From an uncultured Planctomycetota bacterium (GTDB lineage Bacteria > Planctomycetota > Planctomycetia > Isosphaerales > Isosphaeraceae), in contig CAWGMQ010000004.1 of NCBI GenBank assembly GCA_963823665.1, positions 1,056,001 to 1,120,000 of the forward strand: a stretch of DNA of 64,000 bases, given 5' to 3'. A program made the translations under genes and the position numbers. Shown one piece after another: positions 20,347-29,974 of the stretch. Under the pieces are notes generated by a model. The model was given only the letters and a program-made list of their open reading frames with translations. It searched no databases and had not been told where the DNA came from. Every line of letters begins with the position of its first letter. The first letter of the stretch is position 1.

Positions 20347-22734
20347 ATGTGGACAAATCGCGGTCGGTGGATCGGCTTCCTCGCGGCCCTCGTTTTCTCG
20401 AGCCAGTTTGTCGCCGCGGCCAGATCGCAGGGGATCATCATCGATCGTCGCCCGACGATTCCGATCAGCCATTTTTATGAGATCCGAGAGGTCAGCATCG
20501 ATGGGCGGGTGCGCGATCAAGTCGCGGAAGTTCAAGTTTCCCAGACCTTCCACAACCCCGGGTCGACTCAGCTCGAAGCCGAATTCCTGTTCCCGCTTCC
20601 CGAGGAAGGGGCCATTCAGAACTTCGTGCTGATGGTCGATGGCAAAGAGCTGCCCGGCAGGCTCGTCCCCAAGGACGAAGCCAGGCGCATTTACGAAGAG
20701 ATCGTCCGCACGAAGCGAGACCCTGCGCTGCTCGAATACATGGGTCGCGGGCTTTACCGCACGAGCGTCTTTCCCATTCCCGCAGGGGCGGACCGCAAGG
20801 TGACCATGCGCTACACGCAGCTTTGCAAGCGCGAGCGCGACCTTGTCGAGTTTACCTATCCTCTCAGCACGCAGAAGTTCACGAGCAAGCCCATTCAGCG
20901 GCTGGCTGTCAGCATTTCGATCCAGAGCAAGGAACCGATCAAATCGATTTACTGCCCGAGCGACGACGTGAAGATCGACCGCTTTGGTGATCGTGACGTC
21001 AAGGTTGCCATGGAATACCGGGATGTGGTGCCGAGCCGCGATTTTCGTCTGGTTTACACGCTCGCGAGCGGTGCGTTCTCAGCCAACATCATGAGCATTC
21101 GCCCGAGCGAATCCGAGGACGGCTATTTCCTGCTGCTGGCGAGCCCGGAGGTGAAGCCGGCCGACGCACGCCCGCTGCCCAAGACGGTCATCTTCGTGAT
21201 CGACCGGTCGGGCTCGATGGCGGGCAAGAAAATCGAGCAGGCGCGGAAGGCGCTCAAGTCCGTGCTCAACAACCTCCGCGAGGACGACCTGTTCAACATC
21301 GTCGCCTATGACGATCGGGTCGAAAGCTTCAAGCCCGAGCTCGAGCGATATAGCTCGCGAGTGCGCGAGGAAGCCGAGCGGTTTGTCGACAACATCCGCG
21401 AGGGGGGAAGCACCAACATCGACGCCGCCCTCAAGACCTCTCTGGCGATGATCCACGATTCGTCGCGCCCGAGCTACGTGCTGTTCCTGACCGACGGACT
21501 GCCCACAGCCGGCGAAACTCGTGAGCTGCCGATCGCCGAGAACTGCCGCTCGGCCAACTCGCGGCGATCGCGGGTCTTTTGCTTCGGAGTCGGCTACGAC
21601 GTCAACGCCCGGTTGCTCGATCGATTGAGCGGCGGCAACAGCGGAACGAGTGAATACGTCAAGCCCGACGAAGACATCGAGAGCCACGTCGCGGCGTTTT
21701 ATTCGAAGATGACACGGCCGGCGCTATCGGACATTCGCATTGAACTGTCGGGGGTCGACGTCAACCGCAGCTACCCGCGCGACGTTCCTGACCTCTTCGA
21801 GGGGGGGCAGATTGTCTGGGTGGGCCGGTACCGGCAATCCGGCCGAACCACGATCCGGGTGACAGGCAAGGTCGCAGGCGAGAGCCGAAGCCTGGAATTC
21901 CCCGCTGAGCTCGCCGGCTCCTCGGGCGGAAGCAACTACGATTTCGTCGAGAGGCTGTGGGCCGTTCGCCGGCTCGGTGACTTGATCGATCAGATCGACC
22001 TGCATGGGCAGAACCGTGAGCTGATCGACGAGCTAGTGTCACTCAGCACCAGGTACGGGATCTTGACGCCTTATACGTCATTCCTGGCTGATGAGCGCGT
22101 GCCGCTACAAGCGATGGGCAACGCCACTCGGGCTGAACGCGCGCTGAGCGAGCTGCAGGTGGTAACCGGCGTGCAAGGCGTCGAGCAGCGGCGCGGCAAG
22201 CAACGCATGCTGGGAGCCGAGCGCGAAGCGGCCAGCGATTCCGCGTACGAGGGTCTCGCGAATGCGAATTCGGTCGATCGCGGAGCGCAACTCGCCACGC
22301 CGAGCGCGAGTGCACCGGCGGAGGAACGTGCCGATCGGCGTGCGCGGAACAAATCCGCAGCCACGAGGGGCTTCGGCGGGATGATGGCCGGCGGATCAGG
22401 TCCAACCGGCGGCGCCGGTGGTATCGCTGCCGTCACGCCGACGTCCCGCGCGGCTGACGGAGAGGCCAAGAGAGGCGATGCGCAGTCCAAGGTGCGCCGC
22501 ATCGGGTCGAAGACGTTCTACTGGAAGAAAGAGCGCTGGATCGACGCCGCGGTCACCGAGGAAGAAGCCGAAAAAGCGACGGTGATCACCCAGTTGAGCG
22601 ACGAGTACTTCAGTCTCGCCCGCACTCAGAAAGCCGGAGACAACCAGTACCTGAGCCTCGACGAGCCGATCACCGTCAAGCTTGGCGGCAAGGTTTACCG
22701 CATCGAGCCAGACAAGAAACACGCCTCGAAGTGA
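20347..22734 (+). CDS. secreted VIT + von Willebrand A domain protein
   Basis: Signal peptide; VIT-like 'VSQTFHNP...EAEFLFPLPE..ALLE'; MIDAS DRSGS, GGSTN, FLTDG. Confidence 0.92.
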   Translation: MWTNRGRWIGFLAALVFSSQFVAAARSQGIIIDRRPTIPISHFYEIREVSIDGRVRDQVAEVQVSQTFHNPGSTQLEAEFLFPLPEEGAIQNFVLMVDGKELPGRLVPKDEARRIYEEIVRTKRDPALLEYMGRGLYRTSVFPIPAGADRKVTMRYTQLCKRERDLVEFTYPLSTQKFTSKPIQRLAVSISIQSKEPIKSIYCPSDDVKIDRFGDRDVKVAMEYRDVVPSRDFRLVYTLASGAFSANIMSIRPSESEDGYFLLLASPEVKPADARPLPKTVIFVIDRSGSMAGKKIEQARKALKSVLNNLREDDLFNIVAYDDRVESFKPELERYSSRVREEAERFVDNIREGGSTNIDAALKTSLAMIHDSSRPSYVLFLTDGLPTAGETRELPIAENCRSANSRRSRVFCFGVGYDVNARLLDRLSGGNSGTSEYVKPDEDIESHVAAFYSKMTRPALSDIRIELSGVDVNRSYPRDVPDLFEGGQIVWVGRYRQSGRTTIRVTGKVAGESRSLEFPAELAGSSGGSNYDFVERLWAVRRLGDLIDQIDLHGQNRELIDELVSLSTRYGILTPYTSFLADERVPLQAMGNATRAERALSELQVVTGVQGVEQRRGKQRMLGAEREAASDSAYEGLANANSVDRGAQLATPSASAPAEERADRRARNKSAATRGFGGMMAGGSGPTGGAGGIAAVTPTSRAADGEAKRGDAQSKVRRIGSKTFYWKKERWIDAAVTEEEAEKATVITQLSDEYFSLARTQKAGDNQYLSLDEPITVKLGGKVYRIEPDKKHASK

Positions 22735-22742
22735 GGGCAGTT

Positions 22743-24134
22743 TCACAGCTCGATGCGGTAGTCGATCCAGTCTGGGGTGACGTCGGTTCGCGCGAGGAAG
22801 CTGTCCCACTCGCGAGCGTTCGACTGGTCGTCGGGCCTGGGCGGTAGTCCGGTCTCCAGGTCGAGAAGTCGGCCGGCGGTTTTCTCGTGGAGGCGGCGGT
22901 AGAGTGTCGGGAAGGGCATGTTCCAGTCCATCTTCTTGGCGGTTGTCCGGTCTACGGGCAACATGGCTGCGAGCTCGCGGCTGGTCATTAGCTCGAGGCC
23001 CAGCTCGCGGAGGGTGGCGTTGTGGCTGCCGTGATGGCCGACCTTGTAGAGCACGGTCCGGGCGAGCAGATCCTCGGCCGTCACCCTGCGCGATCCGGAT
23101 CCGGTCTTCAGGTTCCACTCCCTTCCAGCCCAGCTCATCCAGTTGCCCACCTGGGCATCGCCGGGGAACAGGAGCACGCGGCGGGAGGGCTCGAGCTCGA
23201 ACGCGAGTGCGAGGCTGGTGTTATTTGTGTTCGAGTCGAGCTGGAGCGCCAGCCGGCCGGCTGGTCCGAGCCAGTCGCTCTCGATGCGGCGCCACCCCTG
23301 GTCGTCCTCTCCCTCAAACCCATAGTGTTCACCGAAGAAGTCGTCGTCCCACGCCTCCGCGTCGGAGATCCGGAACCATTTGTCGAACGGCATTCCGGCG
23401 GTGTCTCCTTCATCGGGGGATGAGTCGAGGGCCGCGAGGAACCCCAGGTCTTCACCGCTCATCCCGGCGAGCTCGTAGACCTCGCTCGACCGCGTGCTCG
23501 GGTCGCTTCTCCGGAGCAGCTTGACGTCGCGCGGGGGACCGAGCACGTATACCCGCACGTCATCCACGCCGGGAATGGTCACTGGATCGCAGCCGGGCGT
23601 GAAGTAGCGCAGGCGGGCGTTCTCACGCGCTTTCACCCACTCGATCGCCTTGGCGGTCGTCGCGGGGCCGCTGGCGCCCATCTCGCCCTGGAACGCGAGC
23701 AGGCCGTTCAGAGACGCGAGGTTGTGCTGCGCACTCGCCTCGGCGAGGCCCGAGAGTCTGGTGACGGCATTTTCGACGGCGGCGACGGCCTTCCGCCGGC
23801 GATGGGCTAATTCAGAGGCCAGGTCGTCTCCAGGATCCTCGGTCCAGGCGAGCCAGACCTCGCCCACGGCCAGCCGGTTGAAGATGTCTTCGGCCTGGAG
23901 GAACCCGGAGACATGGTCCCAATGCTGGTGAGTGACGACCAGGGCGTCGAGCCGTCCGCCGGTTGTTGTGAGGATCGATTCGGCCACGCGTCTGATGCGG
24001 GCCGTGGCGTCTCCCGTGCCTTTGAGCACGCCGCAGTCGATCAGCACGTGGGACTCGCCGGCCGGCCGGGGGAACGAAAGGAGGAAGCAATCCCCGAGCC
24101 CCTGGCGGTACATCCGCACCCGAACGGTTTTCAT
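22743..24134 (-). CDS. MBL-fold metallo-hydrolase (ComEC/Rec2-like)
   Basis: GLGDCFL, LIDCG, THQHWDH, NNTSL, LLFPGDA, YKVGHHGSHNAT; no signal peptide. Confidence 0.88.
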   Translation of the reverse strand: MKTVRVRMYRQGLGDCFLLSFPRPAGESHVLIDCGVLKGTGDATARIRRVAESILTTTGGRLDALVVTHQHWDHVSGFLQAEDIFNRLAVGEVWLAWTEDPGDDLASELAHRRRKAVAAVENAVTRLSGLAEASAQHNLASLNGLLAFQGEMGASGPATTAKAIEWVKARENARLRYFTPGCDPVTIPGVDDVRVYVLGPPRDVKLLRRSDPSTRSSEVYELAGMSGEDLGFLAALDSSPDEGDTAGMPFDKWFRISDAEAWDDDFFGEHYGFEGEDDQGWRRIESDWLGPAGRLALQLDSNTNNTSLALAFELEPSRRVLLFPGDAQVGNWMSWAGREWNLKTGSGSRRVTAEDLLARTVLYKVGHHGSHNATLRELGLELMTSRELAAMLPVDRTTAKKMDWNMPFPTLYRRLHEKTAGRLLDLETGLPPRPDDQSNAREWDSFLARTDVTPDWIDYRIEL

Positions 24135-24156
24135 GCGAATTGCTCCATGCGGCCCC

Positions 24157-27100
24157 TCACAGTCGATGCAGCATTGCGAATGGCTCACTGCGCTGCCGGC
24201 CCACACCGCCGAAGTATGTGGCGGCCAGGTTTTCGTTGCCGTCTTCCAGCAAGTACCGGCGCTGGCGCTCTCGCCGGGCGTCGTCGAGTTTCTTTCGGAT
24301 GCTGTACCGAACCTTCCCGGTCTCTGCGTCCACCACCAGGGTGCATCCGCCGCGGAACCAGAATTCGGCCTCGCCGTCCGGAACTATCCAACCTTCCGGA
24401 TCGGTGATCTTTCCGTCGCGCTGGGTCAGCTCGATTACCCATTGAAACCGCGGCCGGCCTTCCCAGTCGCTGCGGAAGGATGGTCGAATGGAATGCACCT
24501 CAACCGGCAACTCAAAGTTGATTCCACTGATGCCGCACCCGTGCTTCTTCAGTCGCGCTTGCAAGTAGCTATGCAGGGCGGCGCGTTTACTTTTCATGAG
24601 CTTATAGAGCTTCTCTCGGCCCCTGGTCAGGCTCCACGAGGCGATGTCGGGGGCCCATTTCTGGACCTCGCTCAGCACCGCGTTCTCATCTTCATCCGGG
24701 GCGTCGGCGCTGCCGCGCCACAGCAGCCCGTCGACGGAGACGGTGCGCACGCCCTCCGGCACGATCCCATGCCGGCGAAACGCCTCGACGAATGCCACCC
24801 GACAATTCGTTTCATCCACCGGGTCGAATTCATAGTCGGCGGTCACGATTGCCCGCAGATAGTCGCCGAAGGTCAGGTCAACCGGCGGGCAGTAATCCAG
24901 CGCGCGGAAGCACATGTTGAGCACGTGCCCGGCCGATCGCGCGGCCTCGTCGGCCAGGCGGTTCACCAGATCGGGATGGAGATGGCCCGCCGGCAGAACT
25001 CCGGTTCCATCGGTGGCGATCCGGAGCAGGTCGGCCACCGCCGCCTTAAAAATCGTCAGGAACGCGTCGAATACGGCAGCCACGAGCAGGCGCCTCGATC
25101 ATGGGGTTCTTTGAGACGGCGGTAGGCGTCGGGATCGGGCTTGGCCCGTTCCCACTGGCCGGTCAACCGATTGACCGCGCCCAGGGCGCTTCGCAGCGCC
25201 CCGCGATTGCCCGTGGCCTGACCGAACTGCTGCGCCAGCTCACCCAGTTGGTTCTGGCTCTCGAGGTCGCCGCGGGTGCGGGCCACCTGGTGCCGCAGAA
25301 CATCGGGCAGCGAAAAGTGCTGGAACAGAGCCACGATGTCGGCAAACGCTTCGTGGAAGGCGAGCACGTCGGGATTGCTGGGCTCGTTGAACCGGCGGTG
25401 CATGCCGTCGAGCAGCGCATGGGTTGTCTCGTGCGCGATGATGTCGTGGGACAGGCACGTGAAGACGATCATCGCGTCCTCGCGCGCCCGGCCCGGGAAT
25501 CCCGGATCGGGAAAGTATCCGAAGAGGAGGGCCTTCTTGACGGGGCTGTAGTAGGCGTTAGCCTCTCGCAGCGCGTGCGGGTAAACCCTCAACCGCTGGA
25601 CGTATTGTTCGCTCTTCCAGTTGTCGCCGGTCTCGTCCAGACGCACCGCCGGCCGCGGCGACCAGAGGGCGAGCCGGCCAAGCGCCCGCTCGAACGTGCG
25701 AATCGTGCGCATCGCAACGGCGTAGACCATCTGCTGGTGAAACTGCGGGTTCGATTCGGACGGCGCCAGTCCTTGCTGAGCCAAGAGCCGCGGGTCATCG
25801 AGGTCGATCGGGGCATAGAAGGCCTTGCTTGCGGGATCACGGTCCACGATCTCGAGGTACTCGCCCACCGGGCCGGGCCCGAGCGCATCGCCGCCGGAAG
25901 AGGTGCGCTCCCAGGGTACCCGCAGCACGACCTCGTTGATCACGGCGGTCTCGGATGCGATTCCCATGGTTGGATCGAACGCGAACGTGCGGAGCCGCCG
26001 CTCAAGAGCGGCGGCGGCAGCGCCACCGCTGGGAGCGGACAGCAGGGTCCCGGCAAGGGCCGCGGCGTCCCCGTCGGAGGGCCGCGCGGGACGGCGCTTG
26101 TCGATCTGGTAGCGGACCATTCCCGAATCGGCCTCGACCAGCAACGTGCAACCGATCTGGTTGGAGCCCGGCGACTGGTTCGGGGGGGTGGGCGGCTGGA
26201 GCAGCTTGATGACCCACTGCGACTGGAGCGCGCCCGGCTCACCGGCCCGCTGGCGCGGATGGATCGCTTGCACCTCGAACGGTTTGCGGAGGTCGATCGC
26301 GCCGAGCCGGCGCGGGACCTTGAGTCTGCTCAAGTACTCGTGCAGATCGATCTTCGTCTCCTCGAGCACATACCAGAGCTCACTTCGCTCCGGGGGCAGG
26401 TTCCAGTACGCGAGTCGCTTCGAGAGTTTCTGCACGAAGGGCACGAGCGCCAGGGCGACCTCGTCGCTCTCGGGTCCCGGCCAGAGCAGCGTGCGCGCCG
26501 AGACGGTTCCGACCTCCTGAGGAGAAATCCCGTACTCGCGAAACGCTTGCATGAAAGCCTGGCGGTGGCATGCCGGGTCTTGGGGGTTCACGTCATGATC
26601 GGCGGTGATCACCGCCCTCAAGAAGTCGCCGAAGGTCACGCCCACGGGCGGCATGTAATCGAGAGCGCGAATGCACATATCCAGCACGACGCCTGCCAAC
26701 CGCGAGACCTCGTGCACGAGCCGGTTCACCAGGTCGGGATGCAGGCTTCCCGCGGGCAGCTCGCCGGTTCCCCGACTGGCGATCCGCCGGAGGTCAGCAA
26801 CCTGAGATTCGTACATCTTGCGGAGTGCCTCGAACACAGCGGCGACGAGCAAGTCGCCGCGCGCGTGGGGCTCCTGCTCGGTGCGGGCCGCTTTCGGGTC
26901 CGGCCGCCGCGGCTGCCAGGTTTCGCCCTCCGTCTTGCCGAAGGCATTCCGGAGGCCGTCCGGATTACCCAGGGCTTGCCCGAACTGAAGGGCGACGGCC
27001 CCGAGTGGGCCCGGCTCGTTAAGCACTCCGCGTGCCCTCGCGATCTCGGCCCGCAGAATGTCACACTCCCAGAAGTGCAGGAAGAGCGCGACCAGATCGG

Positions 27101-28093
27101 CGAACGCCTCGTGGAATGCCAGCTCGTCGGGATCACCCGCCTGGTTCACGTCGTAGTCAACGATCGACGTCACCAGTGCGAGAATCTCGGCGGTCTCTGA
27201 ATCGGTCGGGTTCGGCGGCTGCGTCAAGCGTGCCAGCTTCCGCTTGAGAGCGGCGATCGCCGGCGCTTGCTTTTTGAGGCGCCGCTCGTCCGTGTTGACT
27301 GCGACTTTGCCACCCGCGTCGAAGATGCGGAAGCAGAGCGTGCGATTCACGCGTGCTACCACGATCAGATTCGTGCCCTTGCTCGGAAGTGCGCTTCGGT
27401 TGCGCACCGAGCCAAGCCACTTCAGGTCGTACCACGCCGTACGGAACCGGTAGTTCATGCCCCAGAGCACCGCGTGCATCATCTCGTGGGTGATGACGTC
27501 CTGCGATAAGCAAGAGTAAACATGCGTGCCGTCAAACAGCGTTCCGGCGAGGCCGATGAAATGACCGAAGCGGATGGCGGCGGTTCCGATCGAGTAATAG
27601 GCGTTCGGCTCCGGCATGAAGTGGGGATGAAGCTTGAGCTGCGCTTCGTACTTCACGTTGCGCGGCTTGCCGTTGGCCGGCGCTGCGCCCAGTGGACGGG
27701 CCGGCCCAGAGCACGCTCAAAGATACGAATCGTGCGCATGGCGACCGCGTAGACCATCTGCTGATGAAACTGCGGATCGCCATCCGATGGGCTCTTGCCG
27801 TCGTGGGCCAGCAACTCGCGCCGATTCAGGTCCACCGGGTCGTACAATTGCGTGCCGTGTTCGTCGATATCCTGAACCGACACGTATTCGCCCGAGGGGC
27901 CGGGCTCGAGTTTCTCCCAGGGAATGTCGAGCGTTGCCTCGTTGACGACCGCCGTCTCGAAACGGGCCGTCAAGCCGGGGTCGAGGGCGAAGACTCGAAG
28001 CTTGCGGAAGACGGGGTCTGGGATCCTCTGCCGCGCCGGCTTCGCCGCGGGAAAATTGGATTCGTGGTCTGCTGGTTGAGAACGAGGGGGCAT
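24157..28093 (-). CDS. ~1310-aa protein with two tandem thermolysin-like (M4/gluzincin) metallopeptidase modules (frameshifts near 27685 and 25090)
   Basis: ORFs 27653..28213, 25056..27656 and 24157..25083 join. Each module has LR.FA.DP, FHQQMVYAVAM, NAYY, HExxH (HEMMH, HETTH), AFHEAFAD, EPH.RG and CxRALDY. Confidence 0.82.
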
Positions 28094-28222
28094 CGGTGCG
28101 GCGCTCGTGATTGAGTTGGGCGAATCCAGGAGCGGTGATTCCCGCTGGGGGGGGACTGTCACCCGCGTGGCGCAGTCGGCTGCACACTCGACTTCCGAAT
28201 GGGTCAGAGGCACTTCCTGAAG

Positions 28223-28426
28223 TTGACGTTAAGCGCGCCGCGGAGCGGCACGACGGACGTTCCCACGCAGAGCGTGGGAACGAGGGGCACAATTGGCGTT
28301 AAGCGCGCCGCGGAGCGGCACAGCGGACGTTCCCACGCAGAGCGTGGGAACGAGGGGCACAATTGACGTTAAGCGCGCCGCGGAGCGGCACAGCGGACGT
28401 TCCCACGCAGAGCGTGGGAACGAGGG
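28223..28426. repeat. tandem array of three 70-bp REP-containing units
   Basis: Units start at 28223, 28293 and 28363, are nearly identical, and each contains the hairpin cgttcccacgc-aga-gcgtgggaacg. Confidence 0.93.
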
Positions 28427-28472
28427 TTTTACGGCTTGAACTGAGATCGGGACGTTAATCCCGGTCTGTTTT

Positions 28473-28802
28473 TCAGTCGTCGATCGTGATGTGCAGGGTC
28501 GTGGTTCTGCGGCTGTGGAACGGGTCGCCCGTGAACAACTCGAGCGTTGCCTGCCCCGGCCCGCGAGCCCGCACAAGCACCGCGTTGGGAGAACCCATCG
28601 GGGCGAGAACAGCCCCGTTGGAGCCGACCACGGCCGATACGAAGGGACCGAAGATCTCCAGAGCCGATTCGCCGTCACTGATCCGGGCCCCCGTTGCCTG
28701 AAACACGAGCACGTCGCCCACGCGAACCGCCAGCGGCGCCCTTAAGTGGTCCGTTTGCTGCACCTCGATCAATCGGGCCATCGGGGCGGTACTCCGTTTC
28801 AT
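28473..28802 (-). CDS. small all-beta hypothetical protein (distant chagasin/I42-like pattern)
   Basis: LAVRVGDVLVF...APMGSP.AVLVRARGPGQATLELF..DPF...TLHITI; between co-oriented peptidase genes. Confidence 0.6.
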   Translation of the reverse strand: MKRSTAPMARLIEVQQTDHLRAPLAVRVGDVLVFQATGARISDGESALEIFGPFVSAVVGSNGAVLAPMGSPNAVLVRARGPGQATLELFTGDPFHSRRTTTLHITIDD

Positions 28803-28847
28803 TCCGCTCGCCGGATCGCGACGGCATGGCCTGGGTGAATCGTCGGC

Positions 28848-29798
28848 TCAAACGTCCTCCGATGGATCCCAATCTCCGGTCGAATTACCGGTGGGGATAG
28901 CGGCAGCACCAGCCGTGGCCCCGGCCCTGGGATAAATCCGGCCGGCAAAGGCGAAGTCGGTGGGGTTGATGTCGGTTCCCCCGATGATCGGCTTGCCGTC
29001 CTTGGTAATCGTTGCCGGCAACTGGTAGCACATGATCGAGGTCTGGTCTTCGGGCGTTCCCATGATCGATGCGTCGTCGAGCGGGGTGAGCACCTGGGCG
29101 TCGACTTCGGCCTTGTCCCAACCCTGGTCGGCAAGAAAGTACGGGTAGGCTTTCTTGGGATCGATGCGGGCGATCAGGCCTTTGCGCATGTGCTCGTGGG
29201 GGAAACCCAGGGTGTGCCCGGTCTCGTGGCGAACCACGCGCCGGTATTCCGATTCCGGGGTGCTCATGGAAAAATCCTGCAAGTTCATGGTCGGCCGGTT
29301 CTTGGGAATCATCTGGACGTCCGTGCCGAGATACGACCAGTAACCGCTGCCCTCGAACGAGATCCGCACATCGCCGGTCCCACCGGTCTCGACGAACGAG
29401 ATGCATGCGGTTTGCGTCCACGCGTTCATGTGCTGGAGAATCCGGCTCCGCAAGTCAGCCTGAGTGCTTTCCATGAAGCTGACCGAGAGCGTACGGGGAG
29501 TCGGGCCCCAGTATTTTGCAGTCAGGACGGCGATCTGCATCGGCTCCATCACCCCCATGCCCATCCCGCGTGCGACCGGGGCACGCATCGGCGCGTTCAC
29601 CGGGTTGATCCGCATCGCATGGGTCGCCGCCTTCACCAGCAACCGCTTGGGAAGCGACTTGACCGAGCAGCCGGGAACATCCGCGGGCGCGGTGTAGGCA
29701 CTCTCGACCGTCGTGGCTGTCCCCAGCTTCCTACTCAGATCAGTGAATACATCGGCGATCTTCGCGAACGCCTCTTTCAACTCCTCGATCTCGGTCAT
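28848..29798 (-). CDS. astacin-like (M12A) metzincin metallopeptidase
   Basis: HETGHTLGFPHEH (HExxHxxGxxH), Met-turn SIMCY, WSYLGTD, TMNL; GGAGA RBS before MTEIEEL. Confidence 0.88.
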   Translation of the reverse strand: MTEIEELKEAFAKIADVFTDLSRKLGTATTVESAYTAPADVPGCSVKSLPKRLLVKAATHAMRINPVNAPMRAPVARGMGMGVMEPMQIAVLTAKYWGPTPRTLSVSFMESTQADLRSRILQHMNAWTQTACISFVETGGTGDVRISFEGSGYWSYLGTDVQMIPKNRPTMNLQDFSMSTPESEYRRVVRHETGHTLGFPHEHMRKGLIARIDPKKAYPYFLADQGWDKAEVDAQVLTPLDDASIMGTPEDQTSIMCYQLPATITKDGKPIIGGTDINPTDFAFAGRIYPRAGATAGAAAIPTGNSTGDWDPSEDV

Positions 29799-29896
29799 CA
29801 GACCATCTCCAAAAAATCGTGGTGATTTGCCTGAGAATGCAATCAAGATTCGCTGTAAACACCCGAAGCGCCACAATCTAGAGTCAGGTTCCGCAC

Positions 29897-29925
29897 AATT
29901 TACCTAAAATATGCAATCTATCCAA
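29897..29925 (-). promoter_or_regulatory. candidate sigma70 promoter for the peptidase operon
   Basis: TTGGAT-17 bp-TAAATT on the minus strand in an AT-rich patch ~100 bp upstream of the M12A gene. Confidence 0.35.
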
Positions 29926-29974
29926 ACTCCTCAGACGGTGCGTGTCAAGGAAAAACCATCGGCTGAAGCCTGAC

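Noticed and set aside
20347..22734. VIT-vWA as part of the protease operon or a MoxR ternary system
   Set aside because: Opposite strand, has a signal peptide, and no MoxR AAA gene in the window
27146..27443. intein
   Set aside because: No N-terminal Cys/Ser block or C-terminal His-Asn followed by C/S/T; short for an intein
28223..28426. CRISPR array
   Set aside because: Units are identical over the full 70 bp with no unique spacers and no cas genes; the hairpin recurs as a dispersed REP
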